DNA of 64,000 bases from Nematocida ausubeli (lineage: Eukaryota). Below, piece by piece: positions 1 to 8,894 of the stretch. Both the position numbers and the translations under genes were made by a program. The notes below the pieces were generated by a model. It was given only the letters and a program-made list of their open reading frames with translations, did not search any database and had not been told where the DNA came from. The stretch spans positions 62,001 to 126,000 of the forward strand of contig NW_026515634.1 of assembly GCF_000738915.1 (NCBI RefSeq). The letters are read 5' to 3'. Position 1 is the stretch's first letter; every line of letters begins with the position of its first letter.

Positions 1-309
1 AGAATATTTCTATAGAGGCACTTGTATACAGCGCACACCCCAATGCGATCCTACGTCCATTGCATAGTTTTCATGACGATCTACATGCTCACTTTCAGCC
101 CAGGCTCAAACAGGCAGCAGAATTGCTGTAGACAAATTGCAATATAGCATTTAGAACAAAAAAGACTATTCTTTCATTAATAGAAAATTAATTATGCTTA
201 TTATGTTAAATATAGCACATACGGCGCATAATTAAAATTTAGACCCAAATTATACTAAGTCTGGAAATATTGTGTTCTATATAACTCTGAATGAAATATA
301 AGACTACAC

Positions 310-1002
310 ATGATAATAAATATTAATGTGCAAGAAGACATTTCTGATCTGTATCTAAAGCAGCCACCATCCATATTCAAACAGCTGAGATCGTTTTCAT
401 ATAAAAACCTTCTTGAGCTTGTGAGAACACTTACCAGCATCACCATACTTACGCTCTTTCTCCTGTCTGGATACAGCACACTTAAAGGCATCTATGCTGT
501 GGACAGAGTTGAATTCTACAACATTCTCCTGCTCTTTGCGTCTACCGCGCTTGTTGTATCTGTAAAGTTTCTAACTCGCAAGAAAACTTCTTCAAATGCT
601 AGAGTCTGTGAGAAGATGTTTCTTCCCATTATGCTGTCGCTACTTATTACTAGCGCTGGCATATCCATTGGTCAGTCCTGGATCTTTTTTTTACTCACAA
701 ATACAATTGTGCAAGACAGTGACTATCCTCTAATTCTGCTGAGCCATTTGATTATGTTTTCTTTGCCGTCTTTTCAATGCTTCGCAAAGCATGCTAACTT
801 TATAAGGCTTTTTCCAGGCATTCTTTCTTTTATCGCCATAGCAGAGAACAGAATTGGCAAATATAGAAAAGAGAATGTACTTATTTTCAATCAGTCTCTT
901 TCAATAACTGGAGCCACAGCGTGTCTGCTTGTTATTCTGACTGTTTTGTGCCCATTGGTTCGAATCTATCTGGAGGAATTTAGACAGTATCGTTATATAT
1001 AA
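310..1002 (+). CDS. Hypothetical multi-pass membrane protein
   Basis: 230-aa ATG ORF with ~5-6 hydrophobic segments; no recognisable family. Confidence 0.65.
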   Translation: MIININVQEDISDLYLKQPPSIFKQLRSFSYKNLLELVRTLTSITILTLFLLSGYSTLKGIYAVDRVEFYNILLLFASTALVVSVKFLTRKKTSSNARVCEKMFLPIMLSLLITSAGISIGQSWIFFLLTNTIVQDSDYPLILLSHLIMFSLPSFQCFAKHANFIRLFPGILSFIAIAENRIGKYRKENVLIFNQSLSITGATACLLVILTVLCPLVRIYLEEFRQYRYI

Positions 1003-1220
1003 ATGTAAATTACTTAAAATTATCTTTGGGGGATTTTTTCTTATTTCACTACTTCTTTCTATTTATTCATGTAAACGAATACTCTGCCAAAGCGAGCTGG
1101 TGAAAAATTATTATAAGCATGCAAAAATATTCGACTTGCGAAAGGCCCTGCTACAGAGTGCCACCACTATACTTACACTAAATAAGTTAATATCAAAGAG
1201 AATTCTTAGGTTTATTTGTT

Positions 1221-3644
1221 TTAGAAGTCCTGGAAGTACACATCGAGTGTGCTGTCTATTTCCTCCGCAGGGCTAAGCTCTGGGTCCTTTTCAATGTCCT
1301 TTTGGTCAAAGTTTGAGTACACATTGCTACCTGCCTGGGGAGTCCAGCAAACAGGCAATTTCTGTTTTTTCATCTTCTCCCAGTCAAAGTCTTTGAAGTA
1401 AACGTGGTTTTTTATATCCTCAACAGATTCTGTGCCCAGGCGCTTCTCCACGTTTTTCTCTAGCAGGCCTGCTATAAAGGACCGCATGGGCTCTTCTATC
1501 TGGTCAATATTTGCTGGCGGGTCGTTTTGAATTGCCTCCTTTATTTGCTTCACGCTAGAGCCAGTGAATGGCGGCGTCTTAAGAACCAGCTGGTATGCCA
1601 GAACCCCAAGACTCCACCAGTCAACCTTTTTCGTGTAGTGCTCATCTATCATCTCTGGCGCAATTGCAGGAATGCTTCCGCATAGAGTGTGCGCTATTCC
1701 TTTAGCTGCGCCAATTGAGCACAGCTCCATGTTTATCAGCTTGATATATCCGTTTTCTGCAAACATCACATTCTCCAGCGCAAGGTTTCGGTAGATAATG
1801 TTCTCAGAGTGCAGCCACTCAATTGCTATTACCAGCCCAGCGAGAATCATCTGCACCTCTTTGTCCGAGATATCACGGGTTTGCAGATGATAGTACAGAT
1901 CGCCGCCCTGCACAAACTCCGTTATGAAAAATATGTGCGTTTTTGTCTGGAAGCAGCCCAGCAGCTGCAGAAGAAATGGATTGTTTGAGGTTTTTGCTAT
2001 TTCTAGACAGGTTCTCTCAGTGTCCATCATGTTTTGATAGTTGTGATCAATTATTGTCTTTTTCTTGACTGCCTTGAGACAAACTGTTTTATGCCCCCAT
2101 GCACACAGATACACCTTCCCATCTCCCTCCTTGTGCAGCAGAGAGATGAACTTGAACTCCTCAATTGATATTTTGCTGGACTTCTTTTTGCGAAGCTTGG
2201 GCATATATGCAATCAGCCCTGTCAGAAGCTCCAGAGTTATTCCGCAGGACTTGAACAGCATGCTTCGGCACGCTGTGTGATATGTATTCTGGCAGACTGT
2301 GCACTCCAGCGCTATTGCAAGCATGCCGATTCTTTCTCCACAGTGGCAGCACCACACAGCGCCAAGCATTTTATCTTTAGCAAGCGAGTGCTCCACGCTG
2401 TATCTTTTTGTAGGCACAGGATTCTTCTTTTCTGCATCTGAAGACAAGTCTGAAGAGTTGCTTTCACCGCCAGAGCTATCATGGTTTGCACCTTTTCGCT
2501 TTGGCTTGGAGACTCTGCTCGCCACTGTATCTGTTTCCTTGGGCTTTTCGCGGATGTCAATCGCTGCAATGATTATGCTCAGCCTCTCCTGCTTCATCTT
2601 TTCCAGCTGCGCCTCCAGCTCGGCCTTCTCAGACTCGATCTCTTTCTTCTTCTTGAACTCGTTACACTCAAAGAAAATAAGATGTGTGCAGCGCATGTGG
2701 CATGTGAACTTGCACATATCGCACCTATAGTACTCTTCTGTGTCCTCGTTGTTGTCGCTATTTCCGCAGACCCCACACCGGTAAAGAGAGGTGCTTTCAA
2801 TCCTACGCAGAAGATGCTCTGCAGACCGCTTGGTAATTATGGTATTAGATGCACGGCTGATGCCATCTGAGTCTAGAACACACTTTCCAAACGAAATTGA
2901 AAGCGTGCTGTTGTCTGAGATGTTATAGTAGAAGTTCCTCACCCCTATGTCTTCTGCATCTACCAGGTCCTGTATGGGAAAAAAAATGTCCCCAACCATC
3001 ACATTGTCTTTTGTCATGATGATAAACTCCAGCCGGTATGTATTTTTAAACTCAATGCTTATCGGCTTGCTCTCATCAATTTCATTCTGTGCAACTTGTC
3101 CAATAAAGATCTCATCTGCATATATACTAATTACTATGTCTTTATGTAAGGGGTTCTTACTAAGTAATTCTACAATTGACAAGTGGGTTCTTCCGCTACG
3201 TTTCACTTTTTCGCAGTCTTCTTTTTTTTCTGTGTTGAATATCAGAGCTGGATTGCAGTTTTTTTTCGTTGAAAATGCATCTGATAGAAGTCGCTTGATT
3301 AGCGCCATCTCTCTCTCCAGGAAGTATATAATTCTTCGCGCCTTTTCCACTCTTTCTAGTAGCTCAGCCGTGGAATTCTCTTGCATAAGGATGCTGTACC
3401 CCTCTATAAGATCCTTTTCCTGCTTTATCCGCCTTGCAATTATTTTTGCTCTGCTGGTGTCTCTGGCCTCCCAGCTTTCCAGGATGCTCTGCGGATTGGT
3501 TTCCTTCCCAGAGAGAAAGGGGTTTTCATTCTTCAGCTGCTCAATTTGGTACCTTGCTGCTTCTGCCTCCGTCTCGGAGAGGGTTGGCAGCATGTCAGTG
3601 AGCTTTTTAATTACATTCACGGTGTTCGGGAGTTTGTCAGTCAT
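1221..3644 (-). CDS. PKC1: Protein kinase C (Pkc1-like; HR1, C2-like, two C1 domains, kinase domain with degenerate catalytic motifs)
   Basis: Two C1 fingers (H..C..C..C..C..H..C..C), AGC kinase fold (FLLQLLGCFQTKTHIFFITEFVQGGDL, APE, VDWWSLGVL, AGC tail NFD); first ATG at 3644 (track start 3674 is GTG). Confidence 0.85.
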   Translation of the reverse strand: MTDKLPNTVNVIKKLTDMLPTLSETEAEAARYQIEQLKNENPFLSGKETNPQSILESWEARDTSRAKIIARRIKQEKDLIEGYSILMQENSTAELLERVEKARRIIYFLEREMALIKRLLSDAFSTKKNCNPALIFNTEKKEDCEKVKRSGRTHLSIVELLSKNPLHKDIVISIYADEIFIGQVAQNEIDESKPISIEFKNTYRLEFIIMTKDNVMVGDIFFPIQDLVDAEDIGVRNFYYNISDNSTLSISFGKCVLDSDGISRASNTIITKRSAEHLLRRIESTSLYRCGVCGNSDNNEDTEEYYRCDMCKFTCHMRCTHLIFFECNEFKKKKEIESEKAELEAQLEKMKQERLSIIIAAIDIREKPKETDTVASRVSKPKRKGANHDSSGGESNSSDLSSDAEKKNPVPTKRYSVEHSLAKDKMLGAVWCCHCGERIGMLAIALECTVCQNTYHTACRSMLFKSCGITLELLTGLIAYMPKLRKKKSSKISIEEFKFISLLHKEGDGKVYLCAWGHKTVCLKAVKKKTIIDHNYQNMMDTERTCLEIAKTSNNPFLLQLLGCFQTKTHIFFITEFVQGGDLYYHLQTRDISDKEVQMILAGLVIAIEWLHSENIIYRNLALENVMFAENGYIKLINMELCSIGAAKGIAHTLCGSIPAIAPEMIDEHYTKKVDWWSLGVLAYQLVLKTPPFTGSSVKQIKEAIQNDPPANIDQIEEPMRSFIAGLLEKNVEKRLGTESVEDIKNHVYFKDFDWEKMKKQKLPVCWTPQAGSNVYSNFDQKDIEKDPELSPAEEIDSTLDVYFQDF

Positions 3645-3668
3645 ATGTAGATTGTTTGTTTGTTTTTT

Positions 3669-4757
3669 ATGCACGGGTCACAGTATATAAGACAAATCTC
3701 CATAAAGCTCAAACAATATCTAAAACAGTGTGAAGAAAGCGGCAACTTCGCCCCCTCAGCCGCAAAGAAGACAGTTCTTGATTGTCTTGTACCTTTGTCA
3801 GAGATTGTTTTAAAAAGCCCCGCCTCCTCTCATGCTGCGCAGCCATCTGATGTGATCCCAGTGGAAAGCCCATACATATACGCCTTAATTGCAGAGTATC
3901 TATGCAGTCAGAATGCTGTAGACAGCGCGCGCATCCTTCTGGAGGAGATTGATGAGATGCTTCCTGTGAAAAGCACACACGAGACAGTGTGCATCCCAAC
4001 AGTGTATCTTCCTTGGGCAGAAGAGCTGAATGCAGTTGCCCCCAGGCTAATCACAAAAAAGTCCTTAAGCTATACACAAATGACAGACATCAAAAAAAAG
4101 TGCCAGAGAATAATTAACTCGCACAAGGAGGCAGAAGCACCAACCGATCCTGTTACAAAGCTCTATGGTATTATAGAGAGCGCGCTGAAAGAAATGGACA
4201 AATGGGACAACTGTACTGAGCAGCGAAAGGATGTCTTCCAGCGCGCGATTATTGAGATCAAGGAATGTTTCTTTGAAGAGAATGAAACACTGGTCTACTT
4301 TGACGGACATATAGGCCATGTGTATTCAAAGTACACCGCGCAGTATGAAGAAATAAAGCAGGTTTTAGGCCTTTTTGTCATTCCCACCCGCCACAACGAG
4401 GTGAAGCAGCTGGTCCATGCAAAGAGAGCGTGCTTCCCAAAGAGCGGAATAACCCTTGAAACTTTCTATCACATTGGGAAGAAGATGGAGAAAATGAACA
4501 TCACGCCATATGACACGGAGGTGGAAGTTGAGTCAGCAGTTCCTCCCATTTTGTCTTTTCACTCAACCTTCTTCTGCCCAGTTCTTCGGTCGGAGTGCTC
4601 TTTTGACAATATGCCGTGTGTACTTACATGTGGGCACATAATAAGCGTAAAGGCTGTTGAAAAAATTGCGTCTTTCAAAGGTGTTATTTTTAAGTGTCCT
4701 TACTGTCCAAAGGATGTGAATGTTAAGGATGTTTTTAAGATAAAGATGACCATCTAG
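3669..4757 (+). CDS. RMD5: Rmd5/RMND5-like GID-complex degenerate RING protein
   Basis: C-terminal FHSTFFCPVL...LTCGHIIS...FKCPYCP signature; LisH-like LIAEYL near N-terminus; ATG at 3669. Confidence 0.75.
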   Translation: MHGSQYIRQISIKLKQYLKQCEESGNFAPSAAKKTVLDCLVPLSEIVLKSPASSHAAQPSDVIPVESPYIYALIAEYLCSQNAVDSARILLEEIDEMLPVKSTHETVCIPTVYLPWAEELNAVAPRLITKKSLSYTQMTDIKKKCQRIINSHKEAEAPTDPVTKLYGIIESALKEMDKWDNCTEQRKDVFQRAIIEIKECFFEENETLVYFDGHIGHVYSKYTAQYEEIKQVLGLFVIPTRHNEVKQLVHAKRACFPKSGITLETFYHIGKKMEKMNITPYDTEVEVESAVPPILSFHSTFFCPVLRSECSFDNMPCVLTCGHIISVKAVEKIASFKGVIFKCPYCPKDVNVKDVFKIKMTI

Positions 4758-5474
4758 CTATAATTGTATAATAAAAGGCTCTTTTTAACTTTATTAAATA
4801 CTCTTTTACCATACCACATACTCTTCTAAATTTAATAGAGCGTAAATATCTGAAATAAGAGAATGCGCGCAACACACTATATTTTTTTAAAGAAAATATG
4901 CTTTATTCTTCCTATGGTATTCACCATAAGCTCAGGAATTTAGGAAAAGGAAAAGCGTAGAAAATCCCAGAATGTTAAAAGTATAACACAAAAATGTTTT
5001 TATTAAGTAAGGTATGCCAAGGCAATAGTATAATCAATAACAACAGTGACAGACATAACCAAGCAAGACAATTCTAACGCAAGACAATATAATAGTGCTA
5101 AACATTCGGGTCAGCAGATTTCTTACAAACCGCCAGTCAATAAACAGTCCTTAATCAAGTCTATCTCATTCATCAATTGCTATTTATCTATTGGAAAATA
5201 TTCAGATACTGATCACTGCACTTTCTTTATATCTTCTCCCGCATAGCATACCATACTACGCTTTGTGTTTCTGTCAAATGCATACTATTTTCTAAATAAA
5301 GGACATAGCAACTTATTAGCTGTAAATTACCCAGGGCAGTCTATAAAATACCCAGGGGTAACTATTTCGATAATTAAGCATTTGATTGGATGTTTAGCAA
5401 TAGAAAACACCCAATCAGTGTGCAGAATCTTCTCCTAGTGAAAGTATTTACTGTGCACACTTTTCCAGTATCTA

Positions 5475-6002
5475 ATGAAAAGCGCTTTTAGAAGTCTAGC
5501 TATAATTATAAGCATTTCTTTACTAGGATATTTTGAGCTTTCCAATGCAGCAGAGAACCATATGGAAGAGTGCATAGAGGAGTCTATTGAAGAGTATAAA
5601 GAAGTAATATGCCAATACACAGACAGCAGAATAGATGCAATGCACGCATGCATCGCAGATATAATGAAGAGTTACAAACAGATGCAGACGTCCAATCTAT
5701 GCAGCAAAATTCCAGACCCAATTAAAACCTCATTTGACCTCTTAGAGATGTTTTATGAAAGCCCTACATGCGAAATAAAGCAGATCCTTAGAGAGATGCG
5801 CAGCACACTTTGCGAGATGGAAAATATAATAGAGACAAGCGAGATAGAAGAAATATGCATAGATAAAATTAAGTATGCACACTCTGTTATACGCACAATT
5901 GGAGAGGACATATCTGAGCTGATTCAGTTCTACATAATACTGGATATAAACATAAATCGAATGCAAGAGTTTATTATGCAGGGAAGTCTTGGGTATAAAT
6001 GA
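5475..6002 (+). CDS. Hypothetical secreted protein
   Basis: 175-aa ORF with signal-peptide-like N-terminus (MKSAFRSLAIIISISLLGYFELSNA); acidic and helical. Confidence 0.65.
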   Translation: MKSAFRSLAIIISISLLGYFELSNAAENHMEECIEESIEEYKEVICQYTDSRIDAMHACIADIMKSYKQMQTSNLCSKIPDPIKTSFDLLEMFYESPTCEIKQILREMRSTLCEMENIIETSEIEEICIDKIKYAHSVIRTIGEDISELIQFYIILDININRMQEFIMQGSLGYK

Positions 6003-7428
6003 AGCCGCTAGTGATTATATACATCTATAGTGTGCACCTACTCTGACCCCATTAACATACCCCTCTATAAATTGCAGCAGACTAGCACAGGATCCACATA
6101 GTATACTGAGAATTTAATTTATAAAGTATTTCAATTTTACAAATTTGTATTGCTGCTACTCTGATCCTATTTACGAGTCACTGTCACTATTATAGGTCAA
6201 ATAAAGGTGATCTATCGATTATGAACATGAGTTATCCAAAAACCTTATTAAAGAAAGTCTTCTAGTGATAGTGCATTCTTAGTCTCTATTTTTAGGATTA
6301 GGTTGGTTATTTTAGTGAAATTAGTGTGCTTTTTTGCATGTACAATTATATTTTTATATTATTAAGCTTTCTATGTGCACTAGCATATCCACAAGAAAAA
6401 GTTCTGCTAGACTGTTTTTAGCTCAGTTTAAATTTCTTTTAGAGTTTTATTTCCCAAGAGCCTTGTGTATAGCATAAGATGGGCTATCCCAATAAATAGT
6501 TCAGAATGAATATTAGCTTCTTTGCATGTATAGAATAATTTGTTTATGTGTTAGTTTATTCAATAATATCCAACCATGCACTATAATCTGCATGTACATT
6601 GTCTATTCATTAAACTGCATTTATACAAGATTTATGTATGTATCCTATATTCCCCATCTCTAATCTACCTCTTCTGTACTATGTCTTCATTCTCCTGTCT
6701 ATGTCTTCTTATTATCCTTTCTTCTACATCTTTGCAAAAATAAACTCTACAATATTTGCACTACCATTACTGTTCAGAAGGGTTTGTTTCTTCTAAAAAA
6801 AAGATAAAGACACACGAAAATCAGAAAACTGCACTTTTTGAAGAACCACTCTCGGCAAACACTCGGCGCAATGTAGAAAGCTGAACAAACTCTGCATCAC
6901 ATGCCAGCCACATAAAGAACAAAAAGGCCATGCCCAGACATGAAAACCTATGCGTACACCTGCAAAGAACTATACACGCATACAACACATGATATACATA
7001 CACGTATATGCATAATATACACATACTACACATATGCAATATGTATGCTGATAGAGACACATCAGAAGTAGACAAGAATGTATTCCTCAAGCATGCTATG
7101 CAAGTACCAAGACACAAGCTGTCTATCTGACCTACCCATCTGCACACACCTCCCTACATCAGCAGGTCTTCCTCCAGTGCCTGCTGCACATGCCTTGTAC
7201 ACACTCTCCCACTATATTAATTTTTCGTCATATGGCCCTCCAAGATGCGTAATTTGCACATAGACTGGGCTATACATCGCAATTAAGTAAACAAACAGCA
7301 GAACATGGTCTAGAGTGCAATTAGAAGGGCCCAATACACATATTTCCCAATTTGATCATTTTTTTGGGGTATTTAAGGGACACGCACTCTCCATTTCAGA
7401 ACACCAGGAGAGCTGCATCTGTCTCACG

Positions 7429-7921
7429 GCGCAGTGCAGAGAAGAGGGCTGGCTAGGAGGTGGCAGGAGCAAGCCGGCACTAACCCTGCCGGTGGGTCGT
7501 CCACTATTATCATTCCCTTCGGGGTAGTCTATAAGGCCATATGGAGTAGCTTGGATGCCAACTTTGTCATTAGGAAATTCCGCGCATGTTCTTTTTACCT
7601 TGATGCTTGTACATTTAATATTTAGAGCCGCTGCGTTGTCTAAGCCGAAGTGGCACTGAACTATGCGTGCACTGGACTTCCCTGCTCCTGTCCTCAGCAC
7701 CGACTGGCCCTCTCCTCTGCGCGGCGCGCGCGATGGCCTGCCGTGCTGTCTGCAGCGCTCCGGCAAACAGCAGCATGCGCGGGCCGCTGGGTTCTCAGGC
7801 CAGTCGCAAGACGCCGCTCTCCCTGCATATGCAGCAGCTAACCACTACATGTGTATGCAGCGAGCGAAGATGTGCTGTGTGCAGGCAGTACATGGCGCCC
7901 GTACATGGCCGGTACACACTA
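7429..7921 (+). ncRNA. Candidate telomerase RNA
   Basis: CTAACCCT at 7480-7487 just inside a long-range helix (7434-7450/7706-7722; 7462-7471/7683-7692); crossing helices; three-way junction 7730-7807; two 3' hairpins then ACA at 7916-7918; boundaries approximate. Confidence 0.55.
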
Positions 7922-8894
7922 TTATTAATAAACAGCCGCTCCCGATCTGCCTGCTGTCTTGCTGTACTGTGTCCGCCCTTTGTGTGCTCAACTAATATTC
8001 CTTGTCCGCAAGCCTCGAATGGCTTTTTATCTTAAACTCTTTTACTGTGCTTCTAATTTTCCTTGGAGTAGTAGTGGGAATAAAATGTTTCTTTTGGTAG
8101 GCATTAGTTTTCTCTACCTCAAGGGCATGCAGTCCTTTTCTTCAAGTCAGCAATCTAAATAGATTGTGGTAAAATTCCCACTTTCAATAAACCCTGTGAC
8201 AAAAGGACATCTATGATAAATGCACTTTCCGGACGATTTCTCGTATATCAAAAACTGACTATATAATAGTTAGAATAATTCAGAAAAAAGAATATGTCCG
8301 AACCCAAGAATACAATTATCAAAAATGCATCCGGTCAAAGGCACCAAAAACATCCACAGGATTCCAATAATAAAACTCCCTGGACAACTTCACTCTCTAT
8401 TCTCGACTATTATCTCCGGACTAGCTCGTCGCCCCCTTTTGGGCACGTCATAGATGTTATCTTTTTCTTTGAGTTTTGGCTATAGACCTAGCTGCTGTGA
8501 GCGGCTCTGCTTGTTTATATGTTACTGGCTTGTGCTCTGAGTTTTTTGATCTTTATGTTACACTACTGTCATTTGTCATATTATATTTGTTTTGTAAAAT
8601 CCAATACATATTGTTAGACATCTATAAGTCTATAAGTATACAATGATAAATAATTTATAAACAGTTTAGTATGGCCATGTCTAAAATCTTAAGAATAAAT
8701 TTAGCATGTCTATTTCTGCAGACTTTAATAAATTTTAAACATCTTCAGAAATAAGTATAAAAATAAATAAAAAGAGAGCTTTTATTCTAACCAATAAAAA
8801 TCTTTCTAGTTAAAGAAGTGCCTATAAAGGCAGTCTATCGTATGTAAGGGTGTAGTCCATACGCTGCAAGTGTGGAAGCACTTTTATGCGTATT

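Noticed and set aside
7572..7584. AGGAAATTCCGCG resembling RNase P/MRP CR-I
   Set aside because: No matching CR-V/P4 partner found, and a convincing RNase P RNA exists at 29363; MRP is not fully excluded without a covariance search
7315..8035. Several overlapping short ORFs (7356-7766, 7663-7995, 7667-8035 and others)
   Set aside because: Stop-poor because of local GC richness; no protein motifs; better explained by a structured RNA
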